Shown: positions 49,084 through 62,500 of the stretch, one piece after another
Layout of the letters: the number at the start of each line of letters is the position of its first letter
How positions within the stretch are numbered: position 1 is the stretch's first letter
From: Nemertoderma westbladi
Taxonomy: Eukaryota > Animalia > Xenacoelomorpha
NCBI GenBank assembly: GCA_032718475.1
Contig: JAUCBJ010004497.1
Location: 1 to 64,000 of the forward strand
Length of the DNA stretch: 64,000 nt
Reading direction: 5' to 3'
Notes under the pieces: generated by a model
What the model saw: only the letters and a program-made list of their open reading frames with translations
What the model was told of the DNA's origin: nothing
The model's database searches: none
Made by a program: the position numbers and the translations under genes

Positions 49084-50202
49084 TCCGAGTTCGCTCGACT
49101 TAGTAGTAGTAGTATATCCGCCATTGACGTACTGTTGTTATGTAAAAGGTAGACCTAATCACACCAGATACTAATTAAAATAATGTCTTAATAACTAATT
49201 ATATTCATTCATACAATAAGCAATGTAGCCAATTAAGGCTGTGATTGACAAATTAACCGCACAATTAATTAATTGACAAAACAAAAATCAAACTAGTAGA
49301 GATCATATCCAAACCTGTATAAATATAAATAAACGCAACGATATAACTAACCCATGTACGTATACTATATTAACTGTAGAGAGGGATACTGTCCCTCCTG
49401 CGAAAAGCAAAATATATTTATCAGTATTTTAATTAATGTAACTTAAAGAAATTGAGCCTTATTCGAATAAATTTTACATGGGCATTTTGGACCTATACCG
49501 CCACTGCTTGGCTCTTTGGAAGTGTATTTCCGTAAAGCTCTATTGTATGGCTCTAGACCAACCCAAAGCAACATAAGTATGTGAACACAGAATTCCATTC
49601 CCCATTCATTTCAATGGTAGCCAACTTGTCTTTCTTGTATTGGGGGTAGACCACTGGTTAGCTTTCTGCTATTGTGTTATTCAAAGATAGCGGCAGGAAT
49701 AAAGAGAAATACCGACCTCACTAATGGGCTGTTCCTTCAGGTCAGCTTAAGTTACAGTGTGAATGTTCAAGGGCGCCGCCAGTGGCCAGTCCACTCTGTC
49801 GTTATTGTGGCTTTATGAATGGAGTTCCTTTAGTAGTTTCAAACGCTTTCATTCTATCTGCGTGCAAGAAGATGGGAGTTGAGTTGGGGTTGCGGTTGAG
49901 TGTGGGTGGAGTGATTGACAGGTTGTTGGAAGTTGTCTGATTCTGTTTGAAACTGTCTGAATCTGTTTGAAACTGTCTGAATCTGTTTGAAGTTGTTGGA
50001 CTGTTGGAGTTTGTCTGAAAGTGTTTGAAGCTGTTGGATCCGATCGGTTCAGATCGGATCCGATGGCACTCTGTTGGTGAGCTGGACTGTATATTTGCCT
50101 ATTATATAGATATTTATATGATTTTCTAAGTGTATAATACAAAATCCCAATATTTTATCAACTCTTAGGTAAAATACGATAGGAAAAACATACGAAATTG
50201 TT

Positions 50203-50490
50203 TTCGTATCGTATCTTGGATTTTTCGTATCGTATCTTAAACATTGGTTTGTATCGTATCGTATCGTATCGTATCGTATCGTATCGTATCGTATCGTATC
50301 GTATTGTCGTATCGTATCGTATCGTATCGTATCGTATCGTATCGTATCGTATCGTATCGTATCGTATCGTATCGTATCGTATCGTATCGTATCGTATCGT
50401 ATCGTATCCTAAACATTGGTTTGTATCGTATCGTATCGTATCGTATCGTATCGTATCGTATCGTATCGTATCGTATCGTATCGTATCGTA
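50203..50490. repeat. (ATCGT)n microsatellite
   Basis: About 50 pentamer copies with short interruptions. Confidence 0.97.
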
Positions 50491-51330
50491 TTCTGTCTCT
50501 GCTTAAAAGTTATATAGCTGTAATCCCCGTACCCAATTTCATTATAGTTTTTAATTAGTTCAAGTGATTTGCTTGAAGAAATGTGTTTTTAATTGATCTA
50601 AACGTAATTAATTTATTAAAATGGCCCGTCTCCAGCTATAGCTCCCTCCTTCGTTGGCATACTAGCTATTGGCTATTAGTTGGAACCAGTCCAAATCTCA
50701 TCACTATTAGGCAACGCGTAATTACATCTATAGGACATAGGCAAGGCCGGCACTACTAGTGTAAAGTGACTAATAAGCCAGCTTGCTTATTATTTATTTA
50801 TCTAGCAAAATGATTCCCTGGAGTCAAGGATGTTTACGTTACGTTACATTACTGTATTACGTTACGTTACGGTTGAAAAACTGAACTTTTTACGTTACGA
50901 TATTACATTGCGGAATAATTTCTAAATTACATTACGTTACTGAATTCCGAAAAAAATAATTGCGTATTACCGAAAATACCGTAACGTAATAACCGGTTCA
51001 GATTCCATAGGACCACAAAGAGATATTTAAAGTTTATCCTATTTTTGTCTGAAAATCGGAAAATTATAGTTTCAATGTTTTGAAATTGCAAATTAACTTA
51101 ACATAAAAATAACTTTAAATTGGTAGAACGGCTTGGCTTGTGTTGTAATAGGTTGTCATAATAAGACATACAGGTAGCGGTAGCCCTGTAGGTAGGCCTA
51201 CCATACCTACCTACTGTCCTGTAAATCTATGATCTATACCATTACAGCATACTGCGTTATTATAGGCTACAGCTGGTAGAGCAGAGACTCAGTATAAATA
51301 GTTCAGTCAGTAGCCCTAGTTAGCTTAACA

Positions 51331-51527
51331 TTAATTAAAACTTAATGTTTAATTAAAACTTAATGTTTAATTAAAACTTAATGTTTAATTAAAACTTAAT
51401 GTTTAATTAAAACTTAATGTTTAATTAAAACTTAATGTTTAATTAAAACTTAATGTTTAATTAAAACTTAATGTTTAATTAAAACTTAATGTTTAATTAA
51501 AACTTAATGTTTAATTAAAACTTAATT
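51331..51527. repeat. 18-bp tandem repeat (TTAATTAAAACTTAATGT) x~11
   Basis: Perfect tandem copies inside the hAT element. Confidence 0.95.
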
Positions 51528-51634
51528 TAACTATAAATTAATTATTAATTAAAACTTCAACATAAATAACTGGAGAAGCCAGGAAGCTGGCTATAAGGAT
51601 ACCGTGTACTGATAAACAAAACCGGATAGTACTA

Positions 51635-52500
51635 GATCGTGACAACAGTCGAAAACAGGCGAAAACAAGCGAAAACAGGCGAAAACAGTTGGAATTTAGA
51701 GAAAACAGTCGAAAACAGTTAGATCGTTTAAAAATAATCATCCATGCATCCAGGTGAAAATAGAAATTGAGGTTAACTAGGTGTAATAATAGATTTAAAA
51801 TTTAGTGGCATTTATAATATCGCTAACTTAAGATGACGTACCCATGTACAATAACACTGCTCATATTAGTGCCCGTACTGCCGTACCGGTACCTGTTGCA
51901 GTTACTGTGTCCGTACCGGTTGGGAAGTACCATATTGAATTTATTATTATTGCAGAGATGCACTTTATTGATTGTTATACAGTAGTACTGTAGTAGTAGC
52001 TAGTACAGTAGGCAGGCCTAAGTTGAACTCCATGTCTGTAAGAACGATACTAGGTACGTAAAATACATAGCACATAGGCCTATTTCATTTCCAGCAATAA
52101 ATAATTTTGTTTGTTCTGATAATGGCGAAACCGCTGGAAGCGAAGATACCGAAACTTCGTACTTCCACATCTTCTTCTATCGGTGCCGGTACGGGTGCCG
52201 GTACAATTGACTCACTGAATACTCTACTCTGTAGGCTTACTGCCGCACTGGAGTAATCCATAATCAACGGGTAATCAGTGTTATTGTACATGGGTTATGG
52301 GTAAAACGTCATCTTAAGTTAGCGACATTATAAATGCCACTAAATTTTAAATGTATTATTACACCAAGTTAACTTCAATATCTATTTTCACCTGGATGCA
52401 TGGATGATTATTTTTAAACGATCTAACTGTTTTCGTCTGTTTTCCCTACATTTCAACTGTTTTCCCTTGTTTTCGCCTGTTTTCGATTGTTGTCACAATG
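51635..52500. mobile_element. MITE with ~220-bp TIRs and TA flanks, nested in the hAT element
   Basis: 51635-51859 is the inverted copy of 52277-52500; ta|GATCGTGACAAC...GTTGTCACAATG|ta. Confidence 0.8.
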
Positions 52501-53756
52501 TATCCAACAAAATAACTAAAAAAAAAAAAAATTATATTGAATAACTAGAACGTTCAAGTAAAAGTTTTTTTTCGAAAGATTTACTTTTTTGTCCAAAATG
52601 ATTGCTTGGTAGATAAAACAAATATTACGCTATTACGTTACGGTTTACGGCAAAAATATACAGTAATATTACGTTACGGTATTGAAAAAGCTATTACGTT
52701 ACGGAAAAATATTGAGCTACACGGTATTCCTGAAAAGATACCGCAACGTAACGTAATAACATCCTTGCCTGGAGTATTTAATCATATTCTTTAGAATCAT
52801 TAGCTGAATAATTTATTTGAGGTGTTGACCTTATAAATTAATATTTCAGTATCAATACTATCGGCATAAGGTAAGTTTTAATAATTTTTACATATTTGGT
52901 TGCCTCCACACCTAAAAATATATTACTTTTAAAACACAAATTTCCTGTTAATACCTCTGCCTTTCATTAATCCTCTGTGCTCCTTTGGTTTGGGGTGCGT
53001 GGTGCAGATTAAGAGATTTATTCTTATTGGCAGTTTGATTAAATTTCTTAAGTACCGATTTTGGGATAGAATTGCTCAATTTGAATCTGTGTCTGATAAC
53101 TCAGCCTCGTGCTACGCGAAAGCCCCACGAACGTGTAATAATCCGTATTTAAAATGTTTAGAGCTAATCTGTTTAATGTATGTGTTTGTATAGGTGTTGT
53201 TGGTTGGTTAAGGAGCCTTTATTGTTTCTCGGCGTGTTAATTTGCATAAAATATTTTCCTGGAATAATGCGGCAGTATTTGAAAATTAAATAAAGTCTCA
53301 TAAATCTAAAATGAAGTAGCTAACTTATAGTGTTGGTGTTGGTAGTTTCAGCTTAGTATTGGCAAAGATGCACAGGACATGGTCTGGCCAATTTGCTACA
53401 GTCAATGTTAGACCACGTTACCACGTTAGACCATGTTACACAGTCAATGTAACTGCAGATGACACCAACAAGTGGTGGACCTACTAAAAGCTCACCCTTG
53501 GACTGGCAATCATGGTGCTGTAACTGTCCCGACACCCAACTCATTAACAAAACACCATACTGTTAAATATGGTTGTCGTCGTAATTAATTCATTGGTCTG
53601 GCCATCAGTGGAGGATGGAGTAATCGGAAAGCAAGTGGCCCACTGGCGTCGTCCAATTCCTGGTTGTCTGCCTATCATTTCTTCTACTCGAGGATGAGAA
53701 GTCTGCTGCTTGACCTTACCCATTCTGGCACAAACCTTCTACAGAGAAGGCCAGAT

Positions 53757-56540
53757 GGTGAATGTCAGACTGGAGAGACCCTGACTACAACTCTCCAGTT
53801 GGCTAGCATCCCACCTCGGTTCTCACAACGCCGGTGAATGTCAGACAGGAGAGACCCAGACTACATCTCCCCAGTTGGCCAGCATCCCAACGCGGCCCTT
53901 ACAACTCCGGTCAATGTCAGACAGGAGAGACCCAGACTACATCCCTCTAGTTGGCCAGCATCCCACCTCGGCTCTCACAACCCCGGTGAATGTCAGACAG
54001 GAGAGACCCAGACTACATCTCCCCAGTTGGCCAGCATCCCAACGCGGCCCTTACAACTCCGGTGAATGTCAGACAGGAGAGACCCTGACTACAACTCTCC
54101 AGTTGGCTAGCATCCCACCTCGGCTCTCACAACCCCGGTGAATGTCAGACAGGAGAGACCCAGACTACATCTCCCCAGTTGGCCAGCATCCCAACGCGGC
54201 CCTTACAACTCCGATGAATGTCAGACAGGAAAGACCCAGACTACATCCCTCTAGTTGGCCAGCATCCCACCTCGTCCCTCACAACCCCGGTCAATGTCAG
54301 ACAGGAGAGACCCAGACTACATCTCTCTAGTTGGCCAGCATCCCACCTCGGCCCTCACAACCCCGGTGAATGTTAGACAGGAGAGACACAGACCACATCT
54401 CTCTAGTTGGCCAGCATCCCACCGCGGCCCTAACAACCCCGGTGAATGTCAGACAGGAGAGACCCAGACTACATCCCTCTAGTTGGCCATCATCCCACCT
54501 CGGCCCTCACAACCCCGCTCAATATCAGACAGGAGAGACCCAGACTACATCTCCCCAGTTGGCCAGCATCCCACCGCGGCCCTCACAACCCCGGTAAATG
54601 TCAGACAGGAGAGACCCAGACTACATCTCCCCAGTTTGCCAGCATCCCACCGCGGCCCTCACAACCCCGGTGAATGTCAGACAGGAGAGACCTTGACTAA
54701 ATCTTTCCAGTTGGCCAGCATCCCACCGCGGCCCTCACAACCCCGGTGAATGTCAGACAGTAGAGACCCAGACTACATCTCCCCAGTAGGCCGGCATCCC
54801 ACCTCGGCCCTCACAACCCCGGTGAATGTCAGACAGGAGAGACCCAGACTACATCTCCCCAGTTGGCCAGCATCCCACCGCGGCCCTCACAACCCCGGTG
54901 AATGTCAGACAGTAGAGACCCAGGCTACATCTCCCCAGTAGGCCGGCATCCCACCTCGGCACTCACAACCCCGGTGAATGTCAGACAGGAGAGACCCAGA
55001 CTACATCTCCCCAGTTGGCCAGCATCCCACCGCGGCCCTCACAACCCCGGTGAATGTCGGACAGGAGAGACCCAGACTACATCTCCCCAGTTGGCCAGCA
55101 TCCCACTGCGGCCCTCACAACCCCGGTGAATGTCAGACAGGAGAGACCCAGACTACATCTCTCCAGTTTGCCAGCATCCCACCACGGCCCTCACAACCTC
55201 GGTCAATGTCAGACAGGAGAGACCCAGACTACATCTCCCCAGTTGGCCAGCATCCCACCGCGGCCCTCACAACCCCGGTGAATGTCAGACAGGAGAGACC
55301 TTGACTAAATCTTTCCAGTTGGCCAGCATCCCACCGCGGCCCTCACAACCCCGGTGAATGTCAGACAGTAGAGACCCAGACTACATCTCCCCAGTAGGCC
55401 GGCATCCCACCTCGGCCCTCACAACCCCGGTGAATGTCAGACAGGAGAGACCCAGACTACATCTCCCCAGTTGGCCAGCATCCCACCGCGGCCCTCACAA
55501 CCCCGGTGAATGTCGGACAGGAGAGACCCAGACTACATCTCCCCAGTTGGCCAGCATCCCACCGCGGCCCTCACAACCCCGGTGAATGTCAGACAGGAGA
55601 GACCCAGACTACATCTCTCCAGTTTGCCAGCATCCCACCACAGCCCTCACAACCTCGGTCAATGTCAGACAGGAGAGACCCAGACTACATCTACCCAGTA
55701 GGCCAGCATCCCACCGCGGCCCTCACAACCCCGGTGAATGTCGGACAGGAGAGACCCAGACTACATCTCCCCAGTAGGCCGGCATTCCACCTCGGCCCTC
55801 ACAACCCCGGTGAATGTCAGACAGGAGAGACCCAGACTACATCTCCCCAGTTGGCCAGCATCCCACCGCGGCCCTCACAACCCCGGTGAATGTCGGACAG
55901 GAGAGACCCAGACTACATCTCCCCAGTTGGCCAGCATCTCAACGCGGCCCGTACAACACTGGTGAATGTCAGACAGGAGAGATACAGACTACATCTCCCC
56001 AGTAGGCCGGCATCCCACCTTGGCCCTAACAACCCCGGTGAATGTCAGACAGGAGAGACCCAGACTACATCTCCCCAGTAGGCCGGCATCCTACCTCGGC
56101 CCTCACAACCCCGGTGAATGTCAGACAGGAGAGACCCAGACTACATCTCCCCAGTAGGCCGGCATCCTACCTCGGCCCTCACAACCCCGGTGAATGTCAG
56201 ACAGGAGAGACCCAGACTACATCTCCCCAGTAGGCCGGCATCCTACCTCGGCCCTCACAACCCCGGTGAATGTCAGACAGGAGAGACGCAGAATACATCT
56301 CCCCAGTTGGCCAGCATCTCAATGCGGCCCGTACAACCCCGGTGAATGTCAGACAGGAGAGACCCAGACTACATCTCCCTAGTAGGCCGGCATCCCACCT
56401 CGGCCCTCACAACCCCGGTGAATGTCAGACAGGAGAGACCCAGACTACATCTCCCCAGTAGGCCGGCATCCTACCTCGGCCCTCACAACCCCGGTGAATG
56501 TCAGACAGGAGAGACCCAGACTACATCTCCCCAGTTGGCC
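53757..56540. repeat. 76-bp GC-rich satellite (~36 copies)
   Basis: Unit GGTGAATGTCAGACAGGAGAGACCCAGACTACATCTCCCCAGTTGGCCAGCATCCCACCGCGGCCCTCACAACCCC with point variants, no spacers. Confidence 0.97.
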
Positions 56541-57342
56541 ATAGTATGCAGCAAAATTAGCCCGTGAGAAAGCTACGCCCGCATCAAATCTTCGCCTTCA
56601 AAATGACCAACTATCATCCGGCTGAAACTTTGCCCGCGGGCAATCATCGCCCATGAGCAAACATCGCCCACTAAACAATGATTTTTTGGTTAGAAAAAGC
56701 CGTCTCTAATTGAAGAGACAGCAACAATACCTGCAATATCCTACTGTAAAGTTTGTGAATCAAATCATAAATCCGACCTTCTCACCAAAACAGTAAACTC
56801 TAAGTAAGCGAATATATTGCAGTATCGATCTCTTATAACCGGTGAGGCAGAAAACAGTCTACGAGCAGACAAACTTCGATAAAACAAATCCCGCGCAGCG
56901 AATCCTAAAATCAGGCTGACTCACTGACGGACTAAGGGGCTCGTATACTTTGCCGCGGTGTGATTTATATGGTTGGGCAAAGGGACGCTAGCTAGGTATA
57001 GAGCAGATTTGGAGATGTCTAACTAGCGGGCAAAGCACAGTACGGACAAAAGTTAATTTTATATATTTTGAGGTGTAAATAATTTCTAACGCGCGTGTGT
57101 TAATTCTGAACGGTCAAAACAGTTTTGCTCCTTCACATATATAATTACTGGGTACGGTGTGCATTTTACGAATATTCTAATTTTGCAACTTGTAGGTCCA
57201 ATACTCACGAATGATAAGGTTCCTTCCCCTCTTGCGTATTTCCAGGACTCAAATTCAGGCATAAGGTTAATGCTACGCCCAGAATTCGGCAATTTTAGGT
57301 ACCAGGTCCCTGATACTAAGAAGAGATGTGTTAGTTTACTAC

Positions 57343-57715
57343 TGTAGGCGTACAGGTACTAATAGCTATCCTGGCTCCTATCTAGAATTTTAGTCACCCA
57401 GGTAGTCCGGGTAACTTCCTATTAGGGCGTTGGCGGGGACACGGTAGATGTTAGTATATCCCTGATAGCCTCAATTTATTTGCGCCTAGCGTAAACTGCC
57501 CTACCGCCTGAACGGTACAATCCCAATTCAGGTGAAAACACAGCAACCCCCCTAGCCTACAAGTTCTGATGTAATGGACACTGTCGTACTGCAAATAGTC
57601 ACAGACGCACCTGTACTTAGCAAGAGTTAAGCGTACAGTTTGCTGCACCCTAACCAATGTGTATGCCTTGTACCGGTGTGCCTACGTCCTATCTGCGTAC
57701 TAGTATCTGCCTGCG
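57343..57715 (-). repeat. Probable 3' LTR of the second cargo-carrying BEL/Pao element
   Basis: Imperfect terminal inverted repeat TGTAGGC...GCCTGCG, minus-strand AATAAA near 57476, strong polypurine tract (minus strand G-run + AGGAGAGAG) abutting at 57716-57734; partner LTR is outside the window. Confidence 0.6.
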
Positions 57716-58169
57716 CTCTCTCCTCCCCCCCCCCGTAGGAATGTGAAGGTCTACTGTGGGTTTTCCTGAATCAAGACAGTACAGTCCCTATGATGTAATT
57801 TTGGGCTTACAGCGTGTCACTACGTCTACCTTTTGATCTTTTGGTCTTACACTTAGGTAGCAAGGATCGAACGCTGTCTAACCTTTCAGGCGATGGGCGA
57901 ATAACTCAAAATGGTATTGCGGGTTGTCTCTCGTCTACATTCCCGTGATGTTCCCGTTCATTGCTGCGGCCCGATCTCTAGCCGGCCATCCTGTCCCTGA
58001 GTTTGTTCACCGTAGTGAAACCATAGTAAAACAGATAGAAAACTGAGGGAATATTCTGACTTTATTACAGAAGATACAATTATAATACAATGTAATCTGA
58101 GAATAAACTAAGCACGACAGAATAAATCTGAGAAGTATAGATTGAAATATAAGATTGAATAACTAATGA

Positions 58170-58330
58170 ACAAATCGCACCTTTATATAGCAAATTTGTG
58201 CCGCAATCAATCGAGAAAATTCTCGATTGTTCTATGGGTTCTAACGAGGTTTTAAAGATAGCTATTGGTCCAGCTAATATATAACTTACACGACATTGGT
58301 TACAATCAAATAACTACAGTCTCATTGGTA
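58170..58330 (-). promoter_or_regulatory. Putative Pol II promoter (three CCAAT boxes plus TATA)
   Basis: Minus-strand CCAAT at ~58325, ~58296 and ~58265, and GCTATATAAAGG at ~58180-58191. Confidence 0.4.
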
Positions 58331-58401
58331 CAGACAAATGCAATTAATTTGTAGCGGTTAATTTAAATGAGTTGAAATTCTGCACAAAAAATAATTCGCA
58401 C

Positions 58402-58472
58402 TTACTAGGATTCGAACTCGATACCTACTACACATATAATTTCCAACGCTCTACCAACTGAGCTACTGAACC
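58402..58472 (-). ncRNA. tRNA-derived Pol III-type sequence (pseudo-tRNA/SINE head)
   Basis: GGTTCAGTAGCTCAGTTGGTAGAGCG (A box/D arm) ... GAGTTCGAATCC (B box), followed by a T6 run at 58386-58391; acceptor and anticodon stems do not pair well. Confidence 0.6.
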
Positions 58473-58799
58473 ACTTGACCGATAGATGCACAAATGATAG
58501 GACCAATACGAATGAGAACTCAAAGCAATCTTTACAAAGTTAATCCGAATAAAATAAAATTTTGAAAATCCACGGCATTTAGGGAATATAATTCTATACC
58601 GCTCCATGAAAACAGGATATTATCGTGCATAAAATATACGGTTTTCACCAATAATCAATCAAACTATAGAATACTTAGGGCGTACTTACATATTTACAAT
58701 TAAGTTTCAAACAATACTTCCTTTCTACGTAATGATTCGATACAAAATTAATTACAAATTCAAACTTTACGTATTTAAGGCTTTACTAAGTAAGTACAA

Positions 58800-59460
58800 T
58801 ATAAATCTAAATTAAATTCACCAATATAAATCTATTGCATCTCAATATTGCATAAATTCAAACAATTACAAATACAAATAAATGAAAACAATAAGAAAGG
58901 CTCGCAAGTCTTCCATCTACTATTGCATCTCAAATATTGCATAAATTCAAGTAATTACAAATACTTTCGTACCTAAATGTAGATTGCATAAGTTTGGAAT
59001 AATTACAAATATGAGTCTTTCTGAGCACAAAATTTTCTGTCTATAAAACTTTCTCTTTAGGTACAAATACTGCTTATAAAATATAAATTGCATAATATTC
59101 GGAACAATACAAATTGCATAAGTTTGGAATAATATAAATTGTATAAGTTCGGAATAATTACAAATATAAATATAAATTCTTACAAATATAAACTCTCTTT
59201 GGGTAGTCTTACTAAATATAGATATAAACTGCATAAGTTTAGAATAATATAAACCTTTGCATCTCAAATATGAAACATAAATCTTTCAAATATAAGTTCC
59301 TTCTAAACTTTCTAAATTGCATAAATTCGGAACAATACAAATTGCATAAGTTTGGAATAAGCACAAATATAAAATATAAGTTTTTACTAAATATGAGTCC
59401 CTTTCAGAATACAAAACTTTCTAAATATAAAACATATAATTCAAATAAATCACAAATCCT
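58800..59460. repeat. Degenerate AT-rich repeats (AAATTGCATAAGTTTGGAATAA-like) in the element's 3' region
   Basis: Multiple imperfect copies downstream of the extra ORF. Confidence 0.7.
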
Positions 59461-59502
59461 AAGAAAGGCTAACGAGTCTTCCGTCTACCCTTGCCCTCCC
59501 TT

Positions 59503-62500
59503 TTATCGTTTAGTTGATCGAGCCCTGCCGCGTCCTCGAAAACTGCGCACAGGTGACTTTGCTCGCGATATGGGACTTGTGGGGCGAGTCACTGGTTTAC
59601 TTGGGACGTTGAGAGACGGTGCAACTATTTCCTCGCAAATTCGTCTATTTGGCATCCCAAAACCTCGACCGATTCCTCGTGACCGATCAGTCGTCACTAC
59701 AGTTGGTAGAACGTCTGGGAACGCGTGAGAAGCGGACGACGCAGACCCGAGAGTAGCTTGCGCCCCCTGTTGATCAGCTGGTGTATGTCCCGATCCTCCT
59801 ACTGGTTCTCTTGGAAGTGATACCGTATCCCGAGTAACTCGAATGGTCGGCTCTACTCCCTTGCGTTCTTCTACATTAATAATTTTCTTCAATTGTTGGC
59901 CCACTTTCTGGACCCGTATGATCCTACCCTGTCCGTCCTCCCGAGGGTGACGTGCAGACGGCGCAACCGGAGTGGCTGGTATATTCGTCGCCTCTAGGAC
60001 CTCTTCTTCCTCGAATACGCTCGCTCGTATACGTTTGTGGTAAAACGCGGCTCGGTACGCCCATGCGACGGTTAACCAAGCTCCCTTGTTCCGCTTTTCA
60101 GTTCGGAAACGATCGAATTCACCATACGTAATCCGATTAATGACTTTCTGAAAATTCCACGTGTTTTTGTTATCCGGGTGAATCTGTAACAGATATTCGC
60201 GCACCACTCGGAATCCGCTGTCGTGGGGCAAAATATCGACAACCTCGATAAGTTCGTCATATTGAGGCATAGCGGAGATGTATCCTTCCGACATCATCGT
60301 CTGGGGATTTACCGCCCAAAATCCGAGATGCACTCTCATCGGAAACCGTCTTCTCTGTGCCGATACATGTTCGTCGGCTAAATCCTCCCACTCATCAAAT
60401 AACTTCCTCACAAGTTTTACAGATTCGTGTTCATAAGGTATATCTCTCAGTTGGCATTCAGATGCTCGATGTCCCTTTATATTGCAGTAAGTACATTGAG
60501 CCATAAATCTCCAGCAAGTATAAAAGGTATGAGACCCTTGATCCCCACACCATCCACAGATTAGCTGAGTCGTAGTAATGTGCTTTCCACTGCACTTTGC
60601 CATATGATGTCCAGCGACGCCACATTTGCTACACATCGTATTAGCAGGGTACCACACTCGTTCGTATATAAGATCTCCAATCGGTCGAGCGCTTCCTCCC
60701 ATACTATAATCGTAATCATCTGGGTCTATGGGTTGGTAGGTTTCTGAAGGTTGTATACAAACTATAGCATCTGTTGCTTCAAGTTGTCGAATCTCCGTCT
60801 GAGATTTCTTCGGGAGGTTCCTTTCTATCTCAAGAAGTTCCTCTAAAGGATCGTCGGCGATCGTAGTAGTTACGTTGAAATCATCACCGAGGTGACCGAT
60901 AGGCGCGCGCGTCTGCCGTGATTCATCCGTAATTTCCACAATACGTTCTCCTTCATAGGGTAACAATGTAAACATAGATGGTCTTTCGATAAGAGATCCC
61001 GCACAGCGAAGATACACGTCTCGAAATATGCTAAATCCTGCTCGAGTAAAGGCATTACACTGAGCGTCGGAGTTGTAGAAGGGTTCAAGGAATCGTCTAA
61101 ACACGTCGGTACGAATTCTCCCTTCCATGTAGAACGTATGATCTTCTCCGAGACAAAGTGGATGTCTTTTGAGAGTCCGAGACACAATGTCGGCGATTAG
61201 GCAAACATTCACTGACGACTCTATCGCTAAATAATATTGTAAGACCGCTCTTGGAGGTGACGTAATAGCCCAATACACGCATCCTCTCCATTTAAGCTGT
61301 GATTCAAACTCACTCATATCTGGAGTATCACCTTCTCCATAAGTTTCAATATACTTGTTCCTTTTACCTTCCTTATAATCCCAATTGAATAACAGGTAGG
61401 AAATGTATCCAGTTCCAGTCTTCTGAGTATTATACTCACGAAAATATCCCTGTTCTATAGACCACAGAATAAGAGGTCGAGTGTCGACGTATGGTGTCGG
61501 TAGTCGGTCATCGCTGTCCGTCATGCCGGCGAAGTCGCTAATTAAATCCTCCCTTACTCCTGATCCAACCTTTACAACAGTTTTATCTAAAATCATGTTT
61601 CTTACCATCTTCGGTAGCATTCTAGCGTCAATATTACAAGCTTGGTCCATCTTCTTTACTATATCGGTGATAAGATGGTGTCGCTTTGTATTCGCTGGAG
61701 GTATCGGCATTCGTTTGTCGCTCCTCTGTCTACTGAAAACGTGCAGGACTCCGTCCGCCGCTCTAATCTGTATAGTCTTAGAAGTCAAACTCTGCTGATG
61801 ACTGCCGCCCTCGTTATCGTAAAACATATAACCGTTTTCCTGAAACGATCTAAACGTCCTAGTCCATTCATCCAACAATTCTTCCGAAGGTTGCCAAATC
61901 TTCTCTATATCCTTATCCTCATCGAAACGAATAACCTTACCTCGCCAATCTGCGGCAATATCTGTATCCGACTCGAAGGTTCCGATTCCAATCCATAAAC
62001 GAATCGTCTTGGTTAGATATCCTTTCAGATTACTCGGAGCTATGTCGGCACCAGCTCTATCCAGTTCCTTAAAATCTTGGATATGAGGTGGAACGTTGTT
62101 CACGACCTTTTGAGTAATATGTCTACGTAAATCATATATCTTACTCATATCGCTGAAAACAACTGCAGGAAGAAACTCCAAGTTTGAAATGATTTCTGGA
62201 TGATCCACGATGGGTATTTCGTACGTCGTATCCTGTCGGACTGGTATACTAATAGGGAAATTGAGTGTCGTACTCAATGGTTTCGTAGCTGAAGTACTAT
62301 ACGGTTGCATTTCTCTTGGTCTCTCCGGGGATGCAATCTGTAATCTCTGAATAACGTTTTGAGCAAAGTTTATGCTCTCGAAAACTTCCGGTGTCATCTC
62401 CTTAGCTGAAGTTTGATCGTGTGACGTCCAATGGCAAGGTAGGCTCGCGAGTCTTCCACCCCATTCTTCCATCTCACCTTTCTTGAAAGCCTTGTAGGCT

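Larger units (their letters stand above)
50825..52767. mobile_element. Non-autonomous hAT element, 8-bp TSD CCTGGAGT
   Basis: TIR CAAGGATGTT...AACATCCTTG, TTACG-rich subterminal repeats, CCTGGAGT at 50817-50824 and 52768-52775. Confidence 0.9.

Noticed and set aside
53757-56540. CRISPR array, tRNA array or repeat protein (MSDRRDPDY ORFs)
   Set aside because: No unique spacers, no cas genes and eukaryotic context; no A/B boxes or cloverleaf; the 76-bp unit is not a multiple of 3 and ORFs stop every few units
58402-58472. Functional tRNA gene
   Set aside because: A and B boxes are present but the acceptor and anticodon stems do not pair; kept only as tRNA-like
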